A stretch of 64,000 nt of DNA from Alphaproteobacteria bacterium (GCA_051010635.1 JBPCVJ010000025.1:18231-82230), one strand, 5' to 3'; positions 1-10,588 are shown, counted from the first letter of the stretch. Notes: generated from the letters alone by a model not told the origin. Program-made: numbers and translations.

Positions 1-270
1 GCTGACTGGTTGACATTATCGGCAGCTGACCGATTGGATAAGGGATTGGAAGCCAACCGTGAAGTGGCATCGGCAAAATATTATGCGACCGAAATGCTAA
101 CCGATATTGCCGACCAAGCGATACAAATTTATGGCGGTATGGGGTTGATGAATGAATTACCATTGGAAAGAATTTGGCGTGATAGCCGTATTGAGCGTAT
201 TTGGGATGGCACGACTGAAATTCAAAAACATATTATTTCAAGAGAATTATTAAGACCGTTGGGTGGTTAA
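1..270 (+). CDS. Acyl-CoA dehydrogenase, C-terminal fragment (5' end lies outside the window)
   Basis: The reading frame is open from base 1 and stops at 268-270. The protein carries the ACAD C-terminal helical-domain motifs (IYGGMG, ERIWRDSRIERIWDGTTEIQ), which resemble the conserved YGG.G and R.ERIYEGT.EIQ elements. Confidence 0.7.
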   Translation, partial: ADWLTLSAADRLDKGLEANREVASAKYYATEMLTDIADQAIQIYGGMGLMNELPLERIWRDSRIERIWDGTTEIQKHIISRELLRPLGG

Positions 271-367
271 GATATTATTTTAATCTGTTGGTAGATAATG
301 ATTGATAGATTTTTTTATGATGTGCCTATGCTTGAAAATTTAATTTTGTTGTTTTATAAAAATTGTT

Positions 368-2482
368 ATGGTGCAAAAAGAGAAATTTTCAGCCGAGCGA
401 TTAAAACGACTTTTTGCTCCTAAATCAATCGTTGTGGTTGGTGGCGGATGGGCAGATCGTGTCATTGAAGAATGTAAAAATGCGGGTTATGGCGGAAAAA
501 TTTATGCAGTGCATGATAAAAAATTGGATGTTAGTGGTATAAAAACCTATCAAAAAGTTATTGATTTACCCGAAGCACCAGATGCCTGTTATATTGCTAT
601 TAAGCATGAAAAATCAATTGAGGTTATAAAAGAATTGAATAATATGTCGGCAGGCGGGGCGATTATTTTTGCCGCGGGTTTTGCTGAGGTGGGGCGGATG
701 GGTGTTGAACGACAACAGCGATTGATAAAAGCCTGCCAACATGACAAATTGGGTGCTATGCCTTTTCTTGGCCCAAATTGTTATGGTATTATTAATATGA
801 ATTTGGGTTCGGTGATGTGGCCTGATTTTCAAGGCTTGGCACGGGTTGATAGCGGGGTGGCGATTATTACACAAAGTGGTAATATTGGTATTAATTTGAC
901 GATGCAAAAGCGTGGTTTGCCAGTGGTTTATATGATGACCATGGGCAATCAGGCTATGGTAACTATATCTGATGTCATGCGGGTGATGGCAGATGATGCG
1001 GCGGTGAAGGCGATAGGTCTTCATATTGAAGGGTTTGGTGATATAAATAATTTTATCAAGGCAGTGCAATATTGTCATGAACGCAATAAGCCAGTGGTTA
1101 TTTTAAAAACAGGTCTTTCACATTTGGGGGCTGAGCTAACTATGTCGCATACCGCATCGCTTGCGGGTGGTGGTATGGCGGTCAAAGCATTTTTACAAAA
1201 AATTGGCGTGCCACAAGTATTTGATGTGCCAGAATTTTTAGAAATGTTAAAATTACAGATGGCTTTTGGTTTGCAAAAATTATCACCCCGTTCTTTTAAT
1301 AAAAATGGTAAGCGAGATATTAAAGCTATTTCTTTTTCTTGTTCGGGTGGTGAAGCAACCCTTATGGCTGATCTTTGCCATTCTATTAATCAAATGACAG
1401 CTGATTATGATATCGTTTTTCCAGCGATGCAAGAAAAAACCAAACAACAATTGGATGAATTGCATGGTGGGCGGGTGGTGTTAAGCAATCCTTTTGATTA
1501 TCAAACTTATATTTGGGATGATAAGGAGGCGATATTTAAAAATTTTAATTTTGCGCTTGAAACCGATGTGGATTATGGAATATTGATATTGGATATTCCT
1601 AATCGTGATGGTATGGATCCGTGGGCTTGGCATGATACTTATCAAGGGTTTGTCAAGGGCACTCAACTTAATAAGCGCCGTGGTATTGTGCTTGCCTCTT
1701 TGGTAGAAACTTTGCCAAGTGAGGAAAGATGTTATAAATTATTAGCAGAAGGCATTGCACCATTGGCTGGTATTGAAACCTGTTTGAAATTATTATCACG
1801 ACTTGAAATAACCGCCAATTATTATCAACCGATCGGTATGGCAGAATTATATGGCACCGAGCAGATGCTTGATCATCAAGCGGCACGAAAGATATTATCA
1901 GATTTTGGGTTGGTTTTTGTTAAAAGCCAGACGGTTAATAAAAATAATTTTTCTCAAGCGGTAAAAAATTTTAAAAAACCTGTGGTATTGAAAGCTGATA
2001 ATATTGCCCATAAGACCGAACAAAATGCGGTGCGATTAAATTTAAAGGATGCGGCGGTGATAGAAAAAAATGCTAAAGAATTATTTGCTATGGCAAATGA
2101 TATTATCATTGAGGAGATGGTTGACGATAAAAAATTGGAATTATTGTTGGGGGTGAATAAGGATGCGGCGGTGGGTATGGCTCTGGTGATTGGCGAGGGC
2201 GGTATGTTGGCTGAATTATGCGATGATAGAATATTTATTCCATTGCCAACCACCGCCGATGAAATTACAAATGCTTTGCGGCGTTTAAAATTTTATCCTT
2301 TGTTTTTGGGGTATCGTGGGCAAAAACCTTTAAATATTAAGGCAGTGGTTAAGGCGGCAATGGCGGTTAATGATTTTGCGATTAAATATCAAAATAATTT
2401 GATAACATTGGATATTAATCCACTTTTGGTTTCAGAAAAAAATGCCATAGCGGTGGATCAATTGATGGTATTAAAAAATTAA
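368..2482 (+). CDS. NDP-forming acyl-CoA synthetase family protein (CoA-binding + succinyl-CoA-ligase-like + ATP-grasp), no GNAT domain
   Basis: This is a 704-aa ORF. The N-terminus has a CoA-binding Rossmann region (SIVVVGGGWADR) and the central part is ligase-CoA-like. The domain order matches ADP-forming acetyl-CoA synthetase and Pat N-terminal family proteins. Confidence 0.6.
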   Translation: MVQKEKFSAERLKRLFAPKSIVVVGGGWADRVIEECKNAGYGGKIYAVHDKKLDVSGIKTYQKVIDLPEAPDACYIAIKHEKSIEVIKELNNMSAGGAIIFAAGFAEVGRMGVERQQRLIKACQHDKLGAMPFLGPNCYGIINMNLGSVMWPDFQGLARVDSGVAIITQSGNIGINLTMQKRGLPVVYMMTMGNQAMVTISDVMRVMADDAAVKAIGLHIEGFGDINNFIKAVQYCHERNKPVVILKTGLSHLGAELTMSHTASLAGGGMAVKAFLQKIGVPQVFDVPEFLEMLKLQMAFGLQKLSPRSFNKNGKRDIKAISFSCSGGEATLMADLCHSINQMTADYDIVFPAMQEKTKQQLDELHGGRVVLSNPFDYQTYIWDDKEAIFKNFNFALETDVDYGILILDIPNRDGMDPWAWHDTYQGFVKGTQLNKRRGIVLASLVETLPSEERCYKLLAEGIAPLAGIETCLKLLSRLEITANYYQPIGMAELYGTEQMLDHQAARKILSDFGLVFVKSQTVNKNNFSQAVKNFKKPVVLKADNIAHKTEQNAVRLNLKDAAVIEKNAKELFAMANDIIIEEMVDDKKLELLLGVNKDAAVGMALVIGEGGMLAELCDDRIFIPLPTTADEITNALRRLKFYPLFLGYRGQKPLNIKAVVKAAMAVNDFAIKYQNNLITLDINPLLVSEKNAIAVDQLMVLKN

Positions 2483-3636
2483 ATTTTATTATTGTGCCAT
2501 TCGTTGATAACAGCTTGGTTTGTTTCATTTGTTATGCGATGTTGTTTTTCATGGTTAAATATTTTTTTATCAATAGCGTGCAAAGCCGTTATTGCCGAAC
2601 CACGCACCATAAAATTATCATCATTTAATAATGATATGACGATTGGTAAAAATTTTTGTTGTTTGCTGTTATGATGTTTGGTTGTTTGGTTATAAAAAAA
2701 ATTGCTTAAAGCGATTAAGGCATTTCGTTTTAATCTTGCCAACCCTAATCTTTTTATAGGGGATTGTGAAAAATAATGATTGAATAATGTTTGATTCATG
2801 TTTAAAATTTTATCCAAGCTCAATGTTGCCGAACCTTGTAATAGGGCATCTTGTTTTAAATGTTTGGCTTGGTGGGCAAATTTATTAAATGGGCATGCCG
2901 CCAAACATAAATCACAACCAAATATCATATCGCCGATGGCATGGTGAAATTTTTTATCTATGAGCCCTGTATGTTCAATGGTTAGATAAGAAATACATTT
3001 TCTTGCATCCAATTGATAGGGTTTGGGAAAAGCATCGGTAGGGCAAGCATCAAGACAGGCACGACACGAACCACAAGTTGGCATTTTTTTCTTTTGTGGT
3101 TTATTTTTTGTTTTGCTTTTTACTTCGCTTGATAAAAAAACTTCGGCAAGAAAAAACCAATTACCAATTTCATGACTTAATAAATTGGTGTGTTTGCCTT
3201 GCCAACCGATACCCGCGATGGCTGCCATAGGTTTTTCAAAAAATGGCGCTGAATCGGTAATCATGCGTGATTCTATATTTTGGTTTTTTAACCATGATTG
3301 TAAGACGGCTAATTTTTGTTTTAATAATAAATGATAATCCATGCCTCTTGCATATCGTGCTATTGTGCCAACTGGTTCGTGATAGTCTTTTAATTTTTCA
3401 ATAAAAGGATAAGGGTGAGTAAGGATTAAAATGGATTTTGCTTGTGGAAAAATTTTTTTAGGGTCGGCACGGGCGGGGCGATGTTTTGCTAACCATGACA
3501 TACTGCCATGGTAATGATTGGCAATAAATTTATCATATTGGGTTAGCAGTTTTTTGGGGATATTTATCGGTATGACGCTGGCGTGATAAAACCCCAAAGC
3601 CTGCACACGGGATTGCAAAACGCTAAATTCTAACAT
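2479..3636 (-). CDS. queG: Epoxyqueuosine reductase
   Basis: This is a 385-aa ORF. It has a double 4Fe-4S ferredoxin motif (CGSCRACLDACPTDAF ... CDLCLAACPFN) and a HEAT-like C-terminus, both typical of QueG. Confidence 0.8.
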   Translation of the reverse strand: MLEFSVLQSRVQALGFYHASVIPINIPKKLLTQYDKFIANHYHGSMSWLAKHRPARADPKKIFPQAKSILILTHPYPFIEKLKDYHEPVGTIARYARGMDYHLLLKQKLAVLQSWLKNQNIESRMITDSAPFFEKPMAAIAGIGWQGKHTNLLSHEIGNWFFLAEVFLSSEVKSKTKNKPQKKKMPTCGSCRACLDACPTDAFPKPYQLDARKCISYLTIEHTGLIDKKFHHAIGDMIFGCDLCLAACPFNKFAHQAKHLKQDALLQGSATLSLDKILNMNQTLFNHYFSQSPIKRLGLARLKRNALIALSNFFYNQTTKHHNSKQQKFLPIVISLLNDDNFMVRGSAITALHAIDKKIFNHEKQHRITNETNQAVINEWHNNKI

Positions 3637-3639
3637 ATT

Positions 3640-4122
3640 TTATTTTAAGCGTTTAATAGCATTATCAATGGTATTTTTTATTTTTGTTTGCTCGATGGAT
3701 GTGATGAAGCGATGTGATTTTTGGGCGATGGATAAGGATTTATTTTTTATCGTTTGAGCGGTTATTTGTATGATGGTTTGGGGAGAATTATTTTTAAATA
3801 TATCTATACCATTGATGGATAATAGCCAAAGCAATAGACTGCTACTTGCGATGATGCCAGCGCCAAACCATATCATCCAAAGCAATAGATTTTGCCATAA
3901 TACACTCCGTTTAAAAAACTTATCTTGTGCTTCAAGCCACTTGCCAACACGACGCAAGGATGGTTTTTTATATAATAAGCGATAGGGTGGCACCCATGTG
4001 GCATTGATACTAGATGGTCGTTTTTTTTGTCGTTTAAAAAAATAATTGGCAATCAGCCCTTGAAAACCCGCTTCTTGTCGTCTTTTTGCATTTTTACCAA
4101 ATATGTTTAATTTTTGTCGCAT
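3640..4122 (-). CDS. Hypothetical single-pass membrane protein with a basic N-terminus
   Basis: This is a 160-aa ORF packed tightly between the ABC transporter operon and queG on the same strand. It has one clear hydrophobic segment (LLLWMIWFGAGIIASSSLLLWLL). I recognise no family. Confidence 0.3.
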   Translation of the reverse strand: MRQKLNIFGKNAKRRQEAGFQGLIANYFFKRQKKRPSSINATWVPPYRLLYKKPSLRRVGKWLEAQDKFFKRSVLWQNLLLWMIWFGAGIIASSSLLLWLLSINGIDIFKNNSPQTIIQITAQTIKNKSLSIAQKSHRFITSIEQTKIKNTIDNAIKRLK

Positions 4123-4169
4123 TTTTTATTTTCATAGAATTTCCATATATTATATTATAGGTCAATGAT

Positions 4170-5255
4170 TTATGCCCATACCACAAAAGCCTGTGGCGAC
4201 CACCCAATATCCACCATATCACCAATATTAAAAATACGGCGACCAATGAGATTACGCATGGATAGATCAAGGCTTTTTTTTGTGCCCGATAAAGTGATGG
4301 TGTAATAGGTCATTTCACCATAATAGGTTACATCAATAACTTTGCCTTTGGTTTTTTTTTCGGCTTTGATGCCAGTGTCATTTAAGATACTTAATTGTTC
4401 GGGGCGAATACCAGATTGTAATGTTTGTTCATTATTATATCCCATCGGTTTCATAACGCTGGCTTCGCCAAACCCTTCTATCATAACCTGCAAATCATTT
4501 TTGGATGATTTTTCAACCTTGATATCAAAAAAATTCATACCGCCAACAAAATTAGCTACCATTTTGTTTTTGGGTTTTTGGTAAATACCATTTGGGGTAT
4601 CAACCTGGGTCAACTCACCATTGAACATCACGCCTATTCTATCTGATAAGGTTAAGGCTTCTTCTTGGTCGTGGGTAACCAACACAAAAGAAATATTGAG
4701 TTTGCGTTGTAATTTTCGTAATTCATCACGCATTTGGTCTCTTAATTTTTTGTCAAGAGCGGATAAAGGCTCATCAAGTAACATAACTTTTGGTTGCATA
4801 ACCAAGGCACGAGCCAAGGCAACACGCTGTCTTTGCCCGCCTGATAATTGATGCGGTCGTCGGTCAGCCAAATGTTCCAGTGCCACCTGTGATAAGGCTT
4901 CCATCGCACGGCGGGTGCGCACAGCGGGGGTTTCTCGTCTTAACCCATAACCTACATTGTCAATAACCGATAGATGTGGAAAAATGGCATAAGATTGAAA
5001 AACCATTTTTGTTGGGCGTCTATCTGGCGTAATATTTAACATATCAACCCCATCAATAAAAATATGACCAAAAGATGGTTGTTCAAACCCAGATATAGTT
5101 CGCAACAAGGTTGTTTTGCCGCAGCCTGAAGGACCGAGCAAAGAAAAAAATTCACCTTGTTTTATTTTTAGGTCAATTTTTTTTAACACATTGGTTGTGC
5201 CAAAATTTTTGCCGACACCACGAATATCAATAATGTTATTATTGTTTTTTACCAT
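4170..5255 (-). CDS. ABC transporter ATP-binding protein, PotA/MalK-like with a C-terminal TOBE-like domain
   Basis: Walker A (GPSGCGKTT), the ABC signature (LSGGQRQRVALARAL), Walker B (LLDEP) and the H-loop (THD) are all present. The ~120-aa C-terminal extension is typical of the polyamine/sugar importer ATPase family. Confidence 0.8.
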   Translation of the reverse strand: MVKNNNNIIDIRGVGKNFGTTNVLKKIDLKIKQGEFFSLLGPSGCGKTTLLRTISGFEQPSFGHIFIDGVDMLNITPDRRPTKMVFQSYAIFPHLSVIDNVGYGLRRETPAVRTRRAMEALSQVALEHLADRRPHQLSGGQRQRVALARALVMQPKVMLLDEPLSALDKKLRDQMRDELRKLQRKLNISFVLVTHDQEEALTLSDRIGVMFNGELTQVDTPNGIYQKPKNKMVANFVGGMNFFDIKVEKSSKNDLQVMIEGFGEASVMKPMGYNNEQTLQSGIRPEQLSILNDTGIKAEKKTKGKVIDVTYYGEMTYYTITLSGTKKSLDLSMRNLIGRRIFNIGDMVDIGWSPQAFVVWA

Positions 5256-6289
5256 ATTCCACCTCCCCCTTTTATACCAGTTTTTTTCAATGATTGATTT
5301 TTAATAATCTCTACCATAGATATTAAAATAATGGAACTCACAATAATAAGACTTCCCAATGCTAAAATATGGGGGAGTTTTTGAATGAAGCGTAATTGAC
5401 TCCAAAGATAAAGCGGCAGGGTATTTTCGGTGCCAGCGGCAAAAAATGCAATGATAAATTCATCAAATGATACGATAAAACAAAGAATAAAACTAGAAAG
5501 AATACCCGGCATCACTAGGGGTAAAATAACACGAAAAAATGTTTGGCTTTCGTTTTCGCCCAAATCAGCCGAAGCCTCCTCCAAACTGCGGTCAAGACCT
5601 TGAAATGCTGATAATAAAACGGTTACAGAAAAAGGCAATAAAATTAATATATGACCTAAGGTGATGGTAAGTAGCGATGGAAAATAATCGGTAAAGATTG
5701 ATTGCATAACTGGTGGCAAATGGGGCGAAATAGAATTTCTAAATTGATTGACGATCTGTAAAATGGAAAGCCCCATCATAATATCGGGCAAAAATAAAGG
5801 CAACATGATAGGGGCTGTTAAGGTATGTTTAAAAGGTAATTGATAGCGGGTTAAGGCACGACAAGCCAATAGAGCTATCAAGGTGCTGATAAGACTGGCA
5901 GGGATGGCAACTTTTAAACTATTGATAAGCGCTTGCCCAACGGCAGGGGTTTGGAATAATTCAACATACCATTTGAAACTCCAACCTTCTATAGGAAAAG
6001 CTACAATAGACCCAATGTTAAAAGAAAAAAGCGGAATAAATATGATAGGCGCATAAAGAAAAATTAAATAACCGATGGCATAACGCCGTAAGATTGTATT
6101 ATCTTTTTTACCATCAATTGATTTGGTTGATTTTTTTATTTTAAGTTTTTTTAATAATAACATGATGTGATTCCCTATTTGATTTTTTTGAAAATACCGC
6201 GTGAGAAGAAAATAAACAATAGCAAGGCAAGAAACCCAAGTCCCATGGTGATGATGGATAAGGTTGAGCCGAGCGGCCAATCGGCACAA
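5249..6289 (-). CDS. ABC transporter permease (PotC-like); likely true start near 6163
   Basis: This is a multi-TM protein with an EAA-like loop region (LEEASADLGENESQTFFRVILP). The first 42 codons of the ORF overlap the upstream permease by 115 bp. An internal Met at about 6163 (MLLLKKLKIKK) leaves an 11-nt gap instead. Confidence 0.7.
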   Translation of the reverse strand: MCRLAARLNLIHHHHGTWVSCLAIVYFLLTRYFQKNQIGNHIMLLLKKLKIKKSTKSIDGKKDNTILRRYAIGYLIFLYAPIIFIPLFSFNIGSIVAFPIEGWSFKWYVELFQTPAVGQALINSLKVAIPASLISTLIALLACRALTRYQLPFKHTLTAPIMLPLFLPDIMMGLSILQIVNQFRNSISPHLPPVMQSIFTDYFPSLLTITLGHILILLPFSVTVLLSAFQGLDRSLEEASADLGENESQTFFRVILPLVMPGILSSFILCFIVSFDEFIIAFFAAGTENTLPLYLWSQLRFIQKLPHILALGSLIIVSSIILISMVEIIKNQSLKKTGIKGGGGIW

Positions 6290-7266
6290 GTTTTAAACAT
6301 ACATTCGATTTGATTTGAAATCATAATTCCCTCTGAACCGCCCACCAATTTTGGTGTTACATAATCGCCCATAGTGGGAATAAATACAATCACCGTTGCG
6401 CCGACAATACCTGTAAAACATAATGGCAAGGTAATACGAAAAAAACTTTGCCATGATTTGTCGCCCAAATCGCTAGCGGCCTCAAGCAAACTGCGGTCAA
6501 TTTTTTCTAGCGATATAAATATCGGCAAAATAGCAAAAGGTGCATAAGCATGGGCCAGGGTGATGACCACCGAATTAATATTGTAAAGTAAAAAAGTCAT
6601 ATGATAATCATCAAGCGATTGGTCGGGTAAAAAAATACCAAGTATACTAAGCCAAGCCGAATCAAGCACCCCCCCATAACCCAAAACAATTTTCCAAGAA
6701 AATACCCGCAATAGATAGCTACTCCAAAAAGGCAGGGTGATGAAAAACAACCAAGTGTTTTTATTTTCACCGCCATAAAAAGAAATATAATAAGCCGCAG
6801 GAAAAGATACCAGCACCGTGCCCAAAGTGACTAGGGCGGCAATAATAATGGTGCGAATAATTAAACGGGGAAACAAATCATCATTCCATACTTTGACATA
6901 ATTGGTAAAATCCCAAACCTTTTCATAACTATTTAATCCTGTTTGTTGCCATAGGCTTATGGTGATAAGCCCAATTAAGGGGACAATCGCAAATAATATG
7001 GCATAGAAAAAAGCGGGCGATATCAACCCAAGCCCACGCCATGAAACGCCACTGAAATCAAATAATCGTAAAACGCCATATGGGGATGTTTTTTCATCAT
7101 GGGTATGAATTATTTTATTATGATTTTCATCTGTTGCATCATTTTCCAGTGGTGTCATCGCCACTTTTTTAGCAATGGATGTTTTGTGCTTGGATGGTTT
7201 TTTCATTGTTAGGTTTTTTTTAGATAGGGCACTATTGGTTTTATAGAAAAAAATAAAAAGTGGCAA
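6175..7266 (-). CDS. ABC transporter permease (PotB-like) with a ~60-aa hydrophilic N-terminal extension
   Basis: This is a 363-aa ORF with 6 predicted TM segments and an EAA motif (LEAASDLGDKSWQSFFRITLP). It is the first gene of the operon on the minus strand. Confidence 0.7.
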   Translation of the reverse strand: MPLFIFFYKTNSALSKKNLTMKKPSKHKTSIAKKVAMTPLENDATDENHNKIIHTHDEKTSPYGVLRLFDFSGVSWRGLGLISPAFFYAILFAIVPLIGLITISLWQQTGLNSYEKVWDFTNYVKVWNDDLFPRLIIRTIIIAALVTLGTVLVSFPAAYYISFYGGENKNTWLFFITLPFWSSYLLRVFSWKIVLGYGGVLDSAWLSILGIFLPDQSLDDYHMTFLLYNINSVVITLAHAYAPFAILPIFISLEKIDRSLLEAASDLGDKSWQSFFRITLPLCFTGIVGATVIVFIPTMGDYVTPKLVGGSEGIMISNQIECMFKTCADWPLGSTLSIITMGLGFLALLLFIFFSRGIFKKIK

Positions 7267-7308
7267 GCTTAAATTTTTGCCAAGCGATATTTTATTTTTG
7301 TCTATAAT

Positions 7309-9273
7309 ATGGTAAGACTAGATAAAATGCATAAACAACAGAAACATTTGGTTATTGTGGGTGGCGGTCATGCAGGCACGGAAGCGGCGTCGGTGGCGGC
7401 GCGTATACTATATCATTTTGATATCAAAATAACACTTATAACTGGCGATACCACCACCATAGGCGAAATGTCTTGTAATCCCGCTATAGGCGGTTTGGGT
7501 AAGGGGCATTTGGTTAAGGAAATTGATGCTTTGGGTGGCATTATGGGGCAAGCTATTGATAAAGGCGGCATACAATTTCGTTTATTAAATCAAAGCCGTG
7601 GACCGGCGGTGTTTGGTCCGCGGGCACAGGCTGACCGCCGACTATATAAATTGGCAGTGCAAACATTGCTAAAAACTATCCCTAATCTTGCGATAAAAAA
7701 TGGTCAGGTAAAGCAAATTGTGTTTGATAAAAAAAATAAGGTGGTGGGGGTTAAGGTGGCAACGGGCGATCATACCATTACTAATTTGATAGATTGCGAT
7801 GCTGTGGTATTAACCACAGGCACATTTTTGCGTGGTATGATTTATATTGGGGTTGATAAAAAATGTTCGGCAGGCCGTTGGGGGGAGAAGGCAGAAAATA
7901 CCCTATCTACCAGTTTAGAACATTTGGGGTTATCAATGGGGCGATTAAAAACAGGCACACCGCCACGGCTTTCTAAAAAAACCATAGATTGGGATTCTTT
8001 GCCAAAACAGCTGGGCGATAAAATTCCCGAACCATTTTCATGTCTTAATGATAAAATTTTCCAACCGCAAATGGCTTGTGCTATCGCCCATACCAATCAA
8101 GCGACCCATGATATTATTAAAAAAAATCTAGCCCGTTCGGCAATGTATGGCGGGGTGTTGGATTCACAAGGACCAAGATATTGCCCATCAATAGAAGATA
8201 AGGTTGTAAGGTTTTTTGATAAAACATCGCATCAAGTTTTTTTAGAACCTGAGGGTTATGATGATGATACTATTTATCCCAATGGGCTTTCAACCAGCTT
8301 ACCGCTTGCGGTGCAACAGCAATATATTAATAGTATGCAGGGATTGCATTCTGCCAAAATTTTGCGTGCAGGTTATACCATTGAATATGATTTTATTGAC
8401 CCACGCCAAATCACTCCTCAGCTTTCGGTTAAAAATGCTGAGGGGCTTTTTTTGGCAGGGCAAATCAATGGCACAACAGGTTATGAAGAAGCCGCGGCGC
8501 AAGGCTTGGTGGCAGGTATCAATGCAGCACAATATTTAAAACAGCAAGCAGCGGTTATTTTTTCTCGCACCAATAGCTACATCGGTGTGATGATAGATGA
8601 TTTGACAAGGCTTGGGGCGAGCGAGCCTTATCGTATGTTTACCGCCCGCGCTGAGCATCGGTTGTTTTTACGCCCCGATAATGCTGATGCCCGCTTGACG
8701 CCTTTGGGTATTAAATTGGGTATGATTGGTGATATCCAAAAAGAAATTTTTTTTAAAAAAATGGCATTGTTAAAAGACTGGAGAGAAAAATTACAAACAT
8801 CGCCCAAAACACCAAAAGAATGGGCGGCGCATGACATTGTGTTAAAGCAAGATGGTAAAAGGCGTTCAGGTTTTGACCTGTTGGCGATGGTGCATCACCA
8901 ACAGGCTCTGCCCGTGGCTAAAAAATATGATGGCATAAAATTACAAGGCGATATTTGGCAAAAATTAATTGCGATTTATGATGGTCTGGCAATGGTTGAT
9001 AGGCGGGTGGTGCGTATATTGATGGCGGAATCATTATATAGCGGATATCAAGATCGTTATGACCAAGAAATAAAAATTTTTCAACGCAATCAATATATTC
9101 CCATACCCGAAGGGTTTGATTATAAAAAAATTGCTGGGCTGTCTGCCGAATTGATAGAAAAATTGTCAAACACTCGCCCGAAAAATCTTTCGGCTGCCAA
9201 TAAAATTCAAGGTATGACACCCGCTGGGCTTTATCGATTGCAAGCTGTTTTAGCCACAGAAAAATTTTTATAA
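7309..9273 (+). CDS. mnmG: tRNA uridine-5-carboxymethylaminomethyl modification enzyme MnmG (GidA)
   Basis: The N-terminus has the FAD-binding motif HLVIVGGGHAGTEAA and the rest of the protein is MnmG-like. The ORF is 654 aa, and an alternative start at 7327 (MHKQQKH) gives a more typical length. Confidence 0.85.
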   Translation: MVRLDKMHKQQKHLVIVGGGHAGTEAASVAARILYHFDIKITLITGDTTTIGEMSCNPAIGGLGKGHLVKEIDALGGIMGQAIDKGGIQFRLLNQSRGPAVFGPRAQADRRLYKLAVQTLLKTIPNLAIKNGQVKQIVFDKKNKVVGVKVATGDHTITNLIDCDAVVLTTGTFLRGMIYIGVDKKCSAGRWGEKAENTLSTSLEHLGLSMGRLKTGTPPRLSKKTIDWDSLPKQLGDKIPEPFSCLNDKIFQPQMACAIAHTNQATHDIIKKNLARSAMYGGVLDSQGPRYCPSIEDKVVRFFDKTSHQVFLEPEGYDDDTIYPNGLSTSLPLAVQQQYINSMQGLHSAKILRAGYTIEYDFIDPRQITPQLSVKNAEGLFLAGQINGTTGYEEAAAQGLVAGINAAQYLKQQAAVIFSRTNSYIGVMIDDLTRLGASEPYRMFTARAEHRLFLRPDNADARLTPLGIKLGMIGDIQKEIFFKKMALLKDWREKLQTSPKTPKEWAAHDIVLKQDGKRRSGFDLLAMVHHQQALPVAKKYDGIKLQGDIWQKLIAIYDGLAMVDRRVVRILMAESLYSGYQDRYDQEIKIFQRNQYIPIPEGFDYKKIAGLSAELIEKLSNTRPKNLSAANKIQGMTPAGLYRLQAVLATEKFL

Positions 9274-9274
9274 A

Positions 9275-10588
9275 TTATCGCTTTTCCATAGGGGTATAGG
9301 AACGCTTGGTCGCACCGGTGTAAAGCTGTCTTGGCCTATCAATTTTTTGGGTTTTTTCGCTCATCATTTCGTTCCATTGTGCTACCCAACCTGCGGTGCG
9401 AGATAGGGCAAACACCGCAGTAAACATTGATAATGGAAAATTCATAGATTGCAAAATAATCCCCGAATAAAAATCAACATTGGGAAAAAGTTTGCGTTCA
9501 ATGAAATAATCATCTTTCAATGCTATTTGTTCTAATTCTTGTGCCAATTCTAATAGAGGGTTGTTGAGATTTAATTTGGCAAAAATTTCGTGGCAAGATT
9601 TTTTTAATACTATGGCACGCGGGTCATAATTCTTATACACCCGATGACCAAACCCCACCAACCGCATATTATCTTTTTTGGTTTTAACCTTATCAAGAAA
9701 GGCAGGAATATTTTTTTTATCACCGATGACTTCTAGCATTTTTATCACGGCTTCATTGGCGCCACCATGGCTAGGTCCCCAAAGACAAGAAATACCAGCC
9801 GAAATACAAGCAAAGGGATTGGCTTTTGATGACCCTGCCATACGCACCGTTGAGGTTGAGGCATTTTGTTCATGGTCGGCATGTAGGATAAAAATTTTTC
9901 GCAAAGCATTGGTAAATATTGGATTGATATCATATTTTTCACAAGGCACAGAAAAAGTCATATTGATAAAATTTTCGGTGTAATTAAGGTCATTGCGTGG
10001 ATAGATAAAAGGCTGACCCATTGAATATTTATAAGACATAGCGACCAAGGTGGGTAATTTGGCAATGATGCGAATCATAGCTTTTTTGCGAATCTGTGAA
10101 TCAATAATATTGGTTTCTTGTTGATAAAAAGCCGACAAAGCCCCCACCACCCCAACCAGCGTTGCCATGGGGTGTGCATCACGCCTAAAGCCACGATAAA
10201 AATTGTGCAATTGTTCATGCACCATACTATGATGACAAATTTCCCAACAAAAATCATCATATTGTTGTTTGGTGGGTAAATTACCATAAATAAGCAAATA
10301 AGCCGTTTCTAAAAACCCAGATTTTTCTGCTAGTTCTTCTATCGGGATACCACGATGTAATAGTAGACCTTTTTCGCCATCAATAAAGGTGATGGCACTT
10401 TCACAAGCGGCGGTTTGGCTATAACCCGAATCAAGCGTAAATAATCCAAGGTTTTCATAAATACCGCCCTTGATACCATTGAGGTCTATGACCTCAGGTC
10501 CCATCGTGCTAGGGCGAATAGGCAAGTCAATTTTTTTACCATTGCGATTATCAATAATTGTTATGCTGTTGTTGGTTTTGTCTGTCAT
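9275..10588 (-). CDS. gltA: Citrate synthase
   Basis: This is a 437-aa ORF carrying the citrate synthase signature region ([14 protein letters not shown]) and catalytic His/Asp context. Confidence 0.85.
   Translation of the reverse strand: MTDKTNNSITIIDNRNGKKIDLPIRPSTMGPEVIDLNGIKGGIYENLGLFTLDSGYSQTAACESAITFIDGEKGLLLHRGIPIEELAEKSGFLETAYLLIYGNLPTKQQYDDFCWEICHHSMVHEQLHNFYRGFRRDAHPMATLVGVVGALSAFYQQETNIIDSQIRKKAMIRIIAKLPTLVAMSYKYSMGQPFIYPRNDLNYTENFINMTFSVPCEKYDINPIFTNALRKIFILHADHEQNASTSTVRMAGSSKANPFACISAGISCLWGPSHGGANEAVIKMLEVIGDKKNIPAFLDKVKTKKDNMRLVGFGHRVYKNYDPRAIVLKKSCHEIFAKLNLNNPLLELAQELEQIALKDDYFIERKLFPNVDFYSGIILQSMNFPLSMFTAVFALSRTAGWVAQWNEMMSEKTQKIDRPRQLYTGATKRSYTPMEKR

Noticed and set aside
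614-2253. Several minus-strand ORFs of 60-154 aa (614..1078, 1283..1465, 1481..1666, 1668..1886, 1954..2253) inside the acyl-CoA synthetase gene
   Set aside because: They lie entirely antisense to a well-supported 704-aa CDS. They have low-complexity, His/Ile-rich translations typical of random frames in AT-rich DNA.
8258-9220. Multiple short ORFs on both strands inside mnmG (8258..8539 +, 8299..8532 -, 8628..8837 -, 8918..9220 -)
   Set aside because: They are embedded in a well-conserved 654-aa gene and lack any family resemblance.
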